Source: Lingula anatina
Taxonomy: Eukaryota > Animalia > Brachiopoda
Direction of reading: 5' to 3'
Assembly (NCBI GenBank): GCA_051362555.1
Contig: CM120641.1
Span: forward strand, 10,106,001-10,170,000
Length of the DNA stretch: 64,000 nucleotides
The notes below the pieces were generated by a model. It was given only the letters and a program-made list of their open reading frames with translations. It made no database searches and was not told where the DNA came from. Of the stretch, positions 28,901 to 41,000 are shown piece by piece. Each line of letters starts with the position of its first letter. The first letter of the stretch is position 1. The position numbers were made by a program, and so were the translations under genes.

Positions 28901-31900
28901 ACATGGTTTATAAATTGATAACATAATTTTGGGTCCCCTTTTGACCTTTGTGATCAACTGTATCCTGTGTAAAGTAGGATATAACAGGGATGTTTAGACA
29001 AGATGTTGGAAACAAATTACACACTTTACCCATTTATTGCTCTCCAGTCTTCAGTAGTTGAAAGAAATCGGTCAAGTGTTGCTTGTGACATCATGATTTA
29101 TTTTTAATGCTTGTTTTGATCAAACAGAAAAAAAGGTAATATTTTAATCAGATATGTAAACTATTCATTTCTTTGCCTCATAAAAAAGCACAATTTCAAT
29201 CACATCATCATAACTTCATATTTAGGAATTAATAGCAAGAAAAGTTTCATATATAGCCTGTTAATTCTGGACATTATTTACAGATTCAAGAGCTTGATGA
29301 TAAATATCAAGAAACACTAGACATGCTTCATGCTGCCCAGGAAGATATTCGGCTGCTGCGCAGTAAGTCTCGTCCACGGGCCATGCGGCAGCACTACAGT
29401 GCATTCTCACCATACTTCCCTCGAGATTCCTTAGCCTCAGAGCTGGAGAGCAGCCTGAAGAATGAGTACCAGTATCCAGATGGGAACTCCCCATCAGATA
29501 GAAAGTGAGTGGCTGGTCACAGTATATTTGTGGTTATAACAAGACTATTCTATGCCAATACCTCAACCAGTATGTCAGTTTTTAATAGAACCTTTCCCTT
29601 TATTATTTTTTTAAAGATGACTTTTTATGTCAATGTTCTGTAATAATTGCAGTGATCACAACTGGCGTGTAATGCAGACATACAGGTATGCCAGGAGGGC
29701 TACCAGTCGCGGCCTGAGCAGTAGAAGTATGAGTCGAACCCCAGGATCTGGCAGCGAGTCCTGCGACTCCCCTGTCCCCACTTCCAGTCGGAGCTCCATG
29801 TATCTCTCTGAGGGAGAGTCCATACCTAATGATGGCTATGCAGCTGATTCGGACAGTACTTACGGGTAAGTGGGGTGTGTTCTTAAATGGATATTGTAAC
29901 AAATGTCTTCCTTTTGATAATTTTTCCACAGATGTCTTTGCATCAGCAGAAAAATGTGGGTGTCATATTTTTTGAAAATATTTTTCCTTTTGAAAGATAT
30001 GGTTTTTGAGCACACGAATTTTAGACTGTGTGCAGTTAGTCTTGGGAACAATTCAACAGTATTTTTTCACACTATCTACATTAAGTTTATGAAATTTAGT
30101 AAATAGGAAAATATTTTCATATTGCTGCAGGCAAAAGTTAAATGTCTTGCACATGTCAATATATCTATCCTTTTTATGTATTTAAAGATAAGAATTAGCT
30201 ATTAAACTTTGTCTTAATTTTTTGCACATGTGTCTTTTAGCTATCAATGGATGCTTTTTTATGAGTCACTTGTCATGATTTGACAATTAATTATTGAAGC
30301 CTTAATTGGTATTGTGTTCTGTTAATCTTCATTCCGAAATTAATTAACATAAAGCTTATACTGTGCATTTTTGTGTCACTTAAACCATAATGGTGTGTAA
30401 AACATTCAAATTAATAGGATTTTTGTTCTGTTCTTCATATCTGCTTTTACTTAGCCTCACTTATGATACCTACTGTGCTATCTTAAAGCCATGTGGTCTG
30501 CTATTATAAAGATATTTGCCCTATACATATACACAACATATACCTATATACATATGCACAAGCTTCTTCACTAAACCACATATTCAGTGCAGTGTGTTGT
30601 TCCATGTGTTAACCCCTTCCCTTGCAGTACATCAAGCAGTAGGACACAGTTAGGAAGGCCTGGGATTCCAGGTTCCAATGATCTGGAGACAGCTTTGAGA
30701 AGGCTGACACTACGCAGTCAGACGGAACAAGCTTATCTGGAGGGAGAGAAAGAGAGGAGGGAAAGGAGGTACATGCTGGATTCTCTCTATTGGTGTTCAC
30801 ATTATGTTTATTTGAAAATATTGGACTTGCGCTTGTTTTTTTTTTTTTGTTTTTTTTTTTGCCCTTAATATTACTTTTGATGTTGGTCTTGCTTCTGCTT
30901 CATCTCTGTTTGCAGACATTTATTGGTACTCTTCATCTTGCTATCTGATATCATATTCGAAGCATTGTGTATATTACATGTCAGGTGTATGGAAATATTA
31001 ATTGGTTTGCATTGCCTGCTTTACATTGAATGCTGCAGGGAAGTAGGATTATGCGCTGCTATCAAATATATTAAACACTATTTTTAGTGCAAGTCAGGTT
31101 TTCCTAAGTCTTACATACAGACATTCTTTGTTTCTTATAAACCTTTTAAGACTTCACCTTTTCTTACAACTTCACTGCTAATCCCTGAAGGTCAGTTGTT
31201 AGTCTTTTCACTGCCACTTATCCATATAAATGAAAAATTCTTTGTTATTTCCCCAGGACCAGTGGCGGCTCCTCCACCCCAACACAGTCTCACACTCCAG
31301 ACAGCCTGATGTCTGGGGGCAGTTTCTCTGGGATGTCTTCATGGTCTGGGTATGCACTACATGGCGGAGGCTATGCGCCTGGCTTCAGGATTCCAGAAAA
31401 ACTACAGATAGTCAAACCCATAGAAGGTAAGCATAAGTCATCTTATTTTTTCCTGTACTCTAACTCTAAGCTTGAATAATGTAGTCATTATCAAGGTGGC
31501 ATTTATGAAAGAGAGTTTTTTCTGCTGTTGACATTTTATATTTTTTACTGTGCTAATTAAGTTGCTATAACGGAAGCAAACAAACACAGAAATGCTTCAC
31601 TCAGATCTTACTTTGTTGCTGTCAGCTTGTTTCACGAAGTATTGCATATCTTTCTGCGTGGTTTAAGATGTAATATTTATATTTAAGCTTGCTCCCCACC
31701 TCCCACATTCCAGAGGCAGCCACACCTGTGTGTGTGTGATTTTTGAAGTGTGTCCTGAAGTTCAAAACTTTGGTGGTTTCTAGAAATGAGGAAGTTTAAG
31801 TGTTTTGCCTGTATATTGTAGGTTCAGCCACCTTGCACCAGTGGCAAAGGTTAGCCACCCCCCACTTGGGTGGGATATTTGAGGAGCGCCCAGGAGTGCA

Positions 31901-34299
31901 GACAAAAGGGGAGAGGAAGCTGGATATGGAAGAAGAGGTCTACAGTCTCAGTGACTTTGAGGAAGATGGTATGTATCACAAAGAAGAAAGTGCATTCCAG
32001 TTGAAGGAACATAAGCTCTGCCCTAAAATTAAAAAGGCTGCAGAAATTTAATGATTTTGACTGATTGAAACCATGATTGTCACATCAAAAACAGTTTATC
32101 ATTATCTGGTTATTGGTTTTGTATAAAGCATGTTCTTCAGCATGTTCATTTCCTCAATCTTTTTATTCTGAATTTGATAGTTTTGTTAACATCTTTGTGT
32201 TCTGTTTACTTTGAAAGATACTGCACCTTATTTTACTGTTATGCTTTTTAGTTTGGAGCACATCAGAGAGCTGAATTTCGATAGTTATCACTAAACTCAA
32301 GAAAAGCTTCCTAATATTATAACTGTGAATATTTTATATTTTCAATCTGACATCTTTTTGCACCTTTTCATATCATGCACATGTCACAAAGTGACACCTT
32401 TTTTTCGTCTTATTCATACAGATAGACATTTTATAACATCGAGTAGACTGTCAGACAGATCAGACAGGACTGTGGTAATTTTTCATGCTGTGTTGGTTTG
32501 GCTTTGCCTCGTAGAGTTCAATGCACATGAATATATACTGTTATCAACTTTGGCTGAGGTAGCTATGTTGTTTTACTGATCTTAGAAAATTGATATCGAC
32601 TGAAGCACAGTGGAAGTTTATATCACTTTTCTGAGGTCTTCAAAATGACATATTGTCCAAAAGCAAAAGGCATTCATTGTTTTGTTATATAATTTAATAC
32701 TTGAAAGATATTGCCAACAGTTGCAACATTGCTGTCATCTGTTTGCAAAAATGTTTTGTTTTCCCTGATTGTCAAAAAATGGTAACAACATAAGCATTCA
32801 ATATAGTTTGGTGATGGCGTCATCAGTAAATATTGAATAATATCAGACCTCAAATTTGTGGATATAAGACAATAATTATGTATTACTACCTGTGAATGAG
32901 GTGAAGGAAACCAGCTTTTTTATAGCTGCAGTACACAGCCAACTTATTTTGCTTAACAGGGTTTTTGGTACAACTGTTGTCCACATCTACCTTGTAAAAA
33001 GTATTATTTTCATATACTCATAGCTAGTAGTTAACCCTTTAAAAAATGCAATACTGAAATTTAATGCATGCACTCATAAAAACTAGTTTGCTGCATTTTG
33101 GGTGATCATATGTAGATAAACATCCTGCTTCTGAGCCTTTTAACTGTGATATGGTATTTAGGATATTCCAAGAAAGACAAAATTAAGTATTGAGTAGCAT
33201 TAAAAAAGTGAACAATATACAAAATATATTCCAAATATACCAAATAGAGCAATATTTATTTAAAATAATTTTTTTTATGTCTTAATATACCCGGTATATT
33301 ATCTCAAGCTATGAAATAAAGTTTGTAAAATGTAAGGGTTCTTCTTTGAGATCTTGCAGCTTCTTGTTTGCTCTTGAAATAGAGTATGTATATAGACATT
33401 TCCTTGCAGTATCTAATCATCAATGCTCATATTTTACTATCTTTTAGCTAACTTTTTACTAATCTTGCATTCTATTCATACTAGTCATTTTGCCTTTTTT
33501 GTGATTATGTTGCATTTCAAGTTAACATTTTTAGTAGCAGAATTTCCACACATGAATAAAGGAATCTGCTCTTCTGGGGTGTTAAAAAACCTAAATAATT
33601 GTGTACCTCTAAGTTGACAATTATTTACAGATATTTACTTTCTTTCTTGTGTGAGAAAATGATAAGAGATTTGGAGGGGCCTGTGCAAAGGGTAGCAGTC
33701 CTACTTGCAAACCCAGTGTTGCTTATAAAATGGCTTTTGGGTGGCTATTCAAAATTTGCTTTAACACCAGTCATGGGGCATAAGAGTTGAAGCCAGTACA
33801 CTTTACATGGAGAAACATTTTGGTTCACAAATAGTTACTGTTCAGATACATATAGAAGTTATTCTGACATAGTCAGATTTATAGATTTGTTTTGCGTGGA
33901 TATTCAATTCATGTTTGACAGTTTTATCATTTCCCTTTACTTCATATATTTTTCATGCCAATCAAAAACTTAATATTACTATAATATTCACCTATGATAT
34001 ACTTGTTATGTTATTTGTTATTGCAGAGGTCTGCAACCCCGGAAAGTGCTGTGAGCTTGCCAGCTTCACCTTCACACTCACAGACTCGAAAATCATCCAT
34101 CCTGACCAGAATTATGCCCCTGTGGCAGAAACTGTGGTCACCTCTAGGTAAAATATGTTAATAATCTTTGTATGCCACAATTAAGGAAACATGATAGGAA
34201 ATATGATCAGAAAATATGGAAATTTTCTATTTAGAATCCCTTTTCTGGAAGAAAAGAGGCCAACTGTAGGTAAAATAGCCATACCTTTAGATAAAATAA

Positions 34300-34363
<64 letters not shown>

Positions 34364-35377
34364 TGGTATGTTTGACATTAGTCAGAGAAAAGTGGAATCA
34401 AAATTGAATAATTTAAAAAATGTCCTTAAATTTTGGTTTTTAATTTTTTCTTCTCATCATACTTTACACAGTGCATATTGAATCTTGATAAATATTTTTG
34501 TAAGATGTTTATGTTGATTTGTAATCTTTTCAGCGCCAAAGGCTCAATAAGCTCTGTGTCTTCAGTGCCAAACCTACTCAGTCCACAGGGGAACAAAGGT
34601 ACTTCTACCTTCAGCATGTCACTGGGCCTTGCAGCCACACTGCAGGAGCGGGGCATAACAGCAGCAAAGACTTGGGAAGAAACACTTTTGAACCAACAAG
34701 GGAAACAGACACTTGGTGACAAGGATGGTTTGGACAAACCAACAGAAGGCAGCCCTATAAGATATAATTACTCTCTCAGCAACTTGCCAGGAAGATTCCC
34801 AAGTATTGTGACTGAGACAATTTATGATGCTACCAAGATGGCGTCTCGCTCCAGCGCCATCTATACTAGTGCAACAACGAATTGTACCTACAGCACCACA
34901 GCATCTGGACTGTCTTCCTTTCCTAGTCTTGGATCGATGATGTCTTCATCCGCCAGCACTGGCTCTTTAGCCAGCAGTTCTGTCACAAAACCAGCCTCAG
35001 CATTAGACCTTACTCATGTCAGTATCATGGATAAAATATTGAACATTGGTATCAGTAGAATAATGACATCAGACAGTAATGATGACATCAAAAAGGACTC
35101 CACAGGATCACACCATGATCCTCACAATTCCAAGCCCCCACTAGCACCTCTCAGTATTCAGATCGATTCCCCAACTGAGACCCAAGGGAGCAAAGAACCA
35201 TCTACTCCGCCAAACTCCCCAACATTCATGATCTCCAATCCGTTATTACAGCTGAATAAGCTTCAGTTTGCCAGAGGCCCCGAGCTTGGGATTTACGGAA
35301 GCATGCCTGGAGTTAATCCCAGGAAAATATCCAAATCCAAAACCCATGAAGAATTGGGAGCAACCGGTGGGCACTAG
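631..35377 (+). CDS. TRAK1: Trafficking kinesin-binding protein (TRAK/Milton), ~1043 aa. Exons: 631-740, 9510-9796, 14789-14992, 23817-23893, 24795-24911, 26651-26745, 27567-27666, 27858-27936, 28282-28412, 28663-28737, 29284-29504, 29653-29865, 30628-30768, 31257-31426, 31822-31968, 34027-34147, 34534-35377
   Basis: All junctions are GT-AG and phase-consistent. HAP1_N-type motifs: [67 protein letters not shown]. Milton-domain motifs: [74 protein letters not shown]. The first exon (631-740) is less certain than the rest. Confidence 0.95.
1167..1537. mobile_element. Older copy of the same MITE in the opposite orientation
   Basis: TTAA-AAGGATAACAACTCTTCGT start; the internal sequence is the reverse complement of 2363-2699. 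Confidence 0.75.
2363..2699. mobile_element. Kolobok-type MITE
   Basis: Perfect 19-bp TIR AGGGATAATAACTCTTCGT with TTAA on both sides. Confidence 0.85.
10146..10219 (+). repeat. Three tandem copies of a ~25-bp unit
   Basis: TGTAAAATGTGACTCCCTAGATCGA x3. Confidence 0.9.
10323..10523. mobile_element. Palindromic MITE-like element with ~65-bp imperfect arms
   Basis: AATGAAGTAATTTTTCTTCAGTCAAC...ACCTCCAATATTTTGAT pairs with ATCAAAATATTGGAGGT...GTTGACTGAAGGAAAATTACTTCATT. Confidence 0.75.
18674..18806 (+). CDS. TRAK1: Alternative first coding exon of TRAK ([44 protein letters not shown])
   Basis: ATG at 18674, 133 nt open, ends G|GTAGGT in phase 1, which joins exon 23817 to give SE-V-LCSERL. 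YYELD matches my recollection of the short vertebrate TRAK1 N-terminus. Confidence 0.8.
19925..19983 (+). repeat. (AAAT)n microsatellite
   Basis: Directly visible. Confidence 0.95.
21183..21333 (+). CDS. TRAK1: Second alternative first coding exon of TRAK ([50 protein letters not shown])
   Basis: Good Kozak context (ataATGG), in-frame TGA just upstream, 151 nt open, consensus donor G|GTAAGT in phase 1 compatible with exon 23817. Confidence 0.7.
26165..26450 (+). repeat. Exact 143-bp tandem duplication
   Basis: 26165-26307 is repeated at 26308-26450. Confidence 0.9.
34308..34358 (+). repeat. (TA)n microsatellite
   Basis: Directly visible. Confidence 0.95.
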
Positions 35378-36972
35378 TACATTACTGTTTATGAGTTAAA
35401 AAACAAAGAAATAAAATACACTAACTAATAGTTGATTGCACTATGTTAAGCAATAGGAAACCTTTGCCTATGGGGAAAAATATTGATATAGGATATTGTA
35501 AACATAGGAGACCCTGCAGTCTTACTTTCTTGCACATCAGTGTATTCTTTGCTATATATATATCCTGCACATGACTTTTTGTAAGCATATAATAAGGCAG
35601 TGAAAACTACTATTAAAGCAGATTTATCAAAAGACTGTAAAATAAGCAATTTTAATTCATGTGCACTGTTGTATTGTTTTACATGAGAGGTTAATGTGAG
35701 GTAATGATTGTGGATTTTAGACAACAAGAATGTCTCTAGTCATTTTATGTTTAACTTATCTATGCTTATGTTTTTGGTATCAGCAGGGTATGTCCTAATT
35801 TTTTTATGCATCTGCTTGAATTTTTATTATGCAAGATCATGCTACAATAGCTTTATACTTATTTGTATATTGCAAATTTTGTTGCAAGTGTAAATAGCTG
35901 TAAGTTTAAGCTTATCATTGTGGTGACATTTATCCCAGTTGTACAATTGTACATATTTCTGGAAGATTTTTATTTGTAAATGGTCTTACGTAGTTTTCTT
36001 ATTGTTAAATTTTGTTATCAGGGATAGGACCTCGAAGGCATTCCTGTCTCAAACTGAATGTGATACTTGCTAAAATGGATATTTCAGGCTCAGTTAGAAA
36101 CCTTGATTCAATTAAAAAAATATATTCCCTTTTCTTTTTTGGAAACGTAAATTCATTGGCACATTACTGTCAGAAAAATGACTAACAACTTATTTTCAAG
36201 GTCATGGAAATTTTCAAACTGCTCATCTGTGCTGTGCTTCTATCTTCAGTAGCAAAACGTGACTGCTGTATACTAGTAGAGTATAGCCTGAGATATCTTT
36301 CACTGGCCGTAAGTTGGTTAATGATTTTTAAAACATTAAGGGGCGTACTTGTAATCATGATATTCTTCATAATGAAGATTGATATATTTATATATTGTGA
36401 TTGTTTTCATCTTTTTGTCCTTTAGCTTTTCATATAGATTTTAAAATCCGGTGAGTTTTTCTGTTAAATCTTTGAACAGGGCAAGTATTGCTAAATACTT
36501 CATATATCCTTCAAAAGTTTTTGTGCAGAAATTTAGTTGAAATTGTTGTATTTAAGGCCAGTCCCAAAAGACCGTGGCATTGAATTTATAACCTGAATAT
36601 GTGCACTTTATTAATTGATTTGTGCAAAAAAGGTGGTTACTAATTTATTTTTTAATTTATTAAAATATGCACACAAAGATTTATTCTAGTTGAAACACCC
36701 TCAGCTTCCATCTATTTTAATACAGGATTTGTCAAGGTACCTTACTTAGTAAGTGCTTCTGTAGGTAGGGATATGTTTGGTGCTTCTTGGTGCTGTAAAA
36801 GTTACTGCTTCTCCTCTAACCAGCATGTTATGTTCAAAGTGTCTGTTGTTTGCAGAACTGGTAAGTTAATCATCATGTGTGACTGGCATATTGTTAATTG
36901 GTATATATAAATATAAATCTGTTGACCCAGTTCACAGAATCATTGCTGTAAACCTGCTAGAAATGAAGATTA

Positions 36973-37017
36973 AATAAACGATAGTAATAATTGCTGTTTT
37001 ACTGTCCTGCTTTTATT
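36973..37017. terminator. Candidate convergent polyadenylation signals for TRAK (+) and GHKL-RING (-)
   Basis: AATAAA at 36973-78 on + and TTTATT at 37012-17. The sequence is AT-rich, so chance matches are possible. Confidence 0.35.
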
Positions 37018-38003
37018 TAGTCAGTAGATGAGCAGAAAGGCAATTAATTGTGAGAGGCCCATTGTGGCAGAGATGACTGCATAACACTTCATAATATAAT
37101 GAGTACAAAGTTTTGTCTGAAAACCTTGGTGTATATGGTGAAAGTTTGTTTTAGGTCTGATAGATATGTAAATGGCTTCTGTAACTCAATTTCTACCTTG
37201 GCAAAACAGTGTCTTTCTTTTTTGTCAAATAATCCACTTTTTATATACAGATGCTATCTGTGTCTGTACCTGTACAGACATGCTGTCTGTATTAAGAACA
37301 AGGCCTATAATATATAATAATCAGATGAGATCAAAATTCATCTTTAACTAAATGAAAAAGCTCTTCCCTTCTTTTCAATGCAATGCAACTTTTGTGTTGA
37401 CAGATAAAATGTTATTTCTGATGAAATCTAGCAAACCAAAGCTCTTTCCACAGAAACACGGAATTCCACATTTTTTAATTCAATTATGATGGTTCCTGAG
37501 ATTTGTCAAGATCTGCAATAAAATCTGGGGGGTGGGTCCCATGATAAACATTCAGAGGGTTTTTTTTTTAACCTAGGCTAATGTCTGATCTAGGCATTAA
37601 AATACTTGTTAAGTCATGAATAACAAATACAAGAATAATTTCTTTTAGACACGACCAGTTTTGAATGAAAGCTAAAATGTACATATCAACCTGCACTTCA
37701 ACCAATGTTTAAAACTTAACAGCACACAGTACTGTTTCTTTACTGACAGAGCATTTCCCAAGTTGTACCTTCGTGTAGTACATGTACACATATATAACCT
37801 AAAATTAACCTACGAGCCAGCTTACAAACCATTCCATTTTAAATACATATATAAAAATAAATTTGCAGCCAGCTTACAAACCAATCCATTTCAGATACAC
37901 ACAAAAATAGAAATTGTAAAAATAATATCACATTTAGGAAAATCACAATATGTTAATCTTATATCATTATTGCTGTAAACCCACAGACATGCTGGATGAC
38001 GAT

Positions 38004-41000
38004 TCATTCATAAATCTTCATAACATTGGTCAAATGTCTATTACACACTGGACACACCCTAGTAGTGGTCAGTATGTGGTCAGCACAAGCTGCACAGGCC
38101 TGGTAATGTCCACAAGGCTGGAATGCACAGTCCTTTTTCTTGATTTTACAAATGGAGCACACAAACCTCTGGACCTAAAAAAAGTATAAAGACAAAAGAT
38201 AAATTACTTTATTGATGTTTATCATATAAAGGGATGAATCCCCTTAAAGCAATCTGCACATGTCTGAAAGTTACCAATAGTCACATTTTTATTCTGTAAA
38301 GCCTAATTTTTATATTTTCCACTTCAGACCTTAAAGACGATAAAACCTTTGTGATAAAAGTTGACCTGACACGTATCTAATGAGGTTATCACCTTCTCAG
38401 CCAAGGTGTAGCCATGCCATCTGGCAATTTCAAAAAATGTTTGTTGGATACATGATATAAGGTCAGGCTACAAAACATGTGATGTGAATTGAAAATAATG
38501 CCATGCCTGGTATTGTGAATGTCAGGAAGGCAGAAGCCATTAAACATTAAGAACTAAATCATTGAATTAAAAAATGGAATAAAACATCGAATCCAAGTGC
38601 AGAGACCAATCAAGCAATGAATAGTGACTAGAAGAAATCAATAAGAAAGGGGTTATAAGTGCTTAAATAATATATATTTCAATAAAGTAAGGGGCATTTA
38701 TTTTTGATCGAGTTTAAAATAACATTTTTCTTAATCAATATGAATTATTCACTTAAATATGAAGTTTTTTCTTGCTATCCAGTGCCCCTATGTTAAAGCC
38801 TGCTACTGCACATGCTCTACCTGCAAGTCCTCCATAAGAGTATCACACAGCTGACATAATGTCTCAAACTTCACCTTCTCATGGCTGTTTGCACCTTCAA
38901 GGTTTTCTTTAAATATCTCTTGTAGTGACCTAGTTCTGAAAAGTATTCATTATTTAAATGCAAAAAGTTTATGTTATCACTTTAAAATTATCCCTTTACT
39001 ACAAAAATTAGATATCTAGCTCCTTGTTCTTTTAAGAATATAATTAAAATAACACATTAATAAGTTGAGAAAACCAAAACCATGTTGCTACAGTTTCATT
39101 GAGTTTGACTGGATCTGATTATACCTGTTATTGTGTTCTTCTATCCAGTGTAACACTTCTTCAAACAGTGTTTGCTCCTTTATGTCCATAGCTTGGTGAA
39201 GTTCTTGTAACTGCAGCAAAATTATAATAATATTATAAATTCATTCCATGTTAACCTAAAACCATGAATATATACAAAAAAGAAAAAAAAACACTAGGTT
39301 TCTCAAACAGATATTTATGATGGATAATCTTTAAATTAAAGAGTGTAGTTTTGTTAACGAAAAGAAAGTATAGTTCCTATACTGCATATTTTTCACCCTT
39401 AAAAATACTGAAAGATCTGTAGAAAATAATTCAGATGGGACTTTAAATAAATTACCTTTTTATCAGATTTTTCTCTCTGTTGTTTTTCAAAATTCATGTT
39501 TCTTGCCATTTCCAGGTTATGATCTTCAGCTCTCTTTATCTGTTCCTCTAGCTGCTGGATCTTTCCCTGTTAGATAATTAATTTGGGTACAAGAAAATTA
39601 GAGCAAAATGATTAACTTAATGCATATGATTGGTCTCCTGTGTCATTCATGCTATCAATTAACACAACAATTTTTTGAACTTTTCAAAGGTAAGGGACAA
39701 TGTCAAGGCAGCAGAGCAGTTAAATGTACAGATATAATTAAAAGCAGAAACTAGAAAAGCACTCAGAGAGCAAAGACCTCTGCCAAGGTAACTCAACAAA
39801 CAAACAAACAATCAAACCAAAAACATAATTAATCTCCTTGGCAAAGGAAATAAATAATTTCTCTGTTCTACCCACAAAATCATAAAAATTTTCATTATGT
39901 TGGGAGAAATAATCTTACAGAATCTTGAAAAATAAACAGTAACAGTTTTACTTTACCTTGAGCTTCTTTTCGTAGTCTGCCTTAAGTTGCTGCTCAATAT
40001 TGACTCTCTGTATCTCATCTGACATCTGGTGTTGCTGGAATGTTTGCAGTTCTTGCTGGAGCTTGGTATATTCTACACGATGCTGATCTGAGATCTCTGC
40101 AATTTGTTGCTAGAAAAAAAAAAAACTCTTACAAATCTCAATTTGTCAATAAGTTCATTCCAAGATGGACATAAAACTATCATAACAAAAAGAAAGGTAT
40201 AAAATGTCAAAATAAAATAATTATTTGGAGAACCTGGGCATTGATCCCAGTACCTCTCACATGCTAAGCAAGCGCTCTACCATTTGAGCTAGATCCCCAG
40301 GTGAGATCCCCTACCAAGACTGGAGTGTTTTCCCATCTTTTTTTTTTTTCCCTATATTAATCTTTATTGAGTAGTACTTGCACTTTCCCTGCTTTAGTCT
40401 AGACATTATATAATGTATATCAAACTGTATATGGTAATCACTCTGCGGATTACTTCTTGTATTTGTATTTGATCATGCCCAGATGTAGGGCGATTGTCAA
40501 TAAACTTCTGAATCTGTTGAGTTAATGTATTAGCTGATAATAATGTTTTTGTGTAACTCGATGATTTTGCCAAATAACAAATGCATGATATGTGAATCTT
40601 AAAATATATCACAAATAATATACAAATAAATGACAAAACATATTGGAGAACCTGGGCATTGATCCCAGTACCTCTCACATGCTAAGCGAGCGCTCTACCA
40701 TTTGAGCTAGATCCCCTGATGTATTACCTGCTACTTCACAGGTGTTTCGTTCTCATATCTCGCCTGACTATTACTGATAACAACATAATGAGCTTGTTAT
40801 CTTAACAAGATATGCCATTTGTTTTCCTGAGGGACTCTTATAGCTTCCATCATGCCATATACTCTTAAACAAGTAAACAACCCAAGACTTCATTGTTTTG
40901 GAATCTGTAATTTTTTTTCAACACACACATTCAAAGTGAATAAAGATAATGTATTTTGAGAATGCATTATGGGGTTTTAAGCATGAAAGAAGTGAACAAG

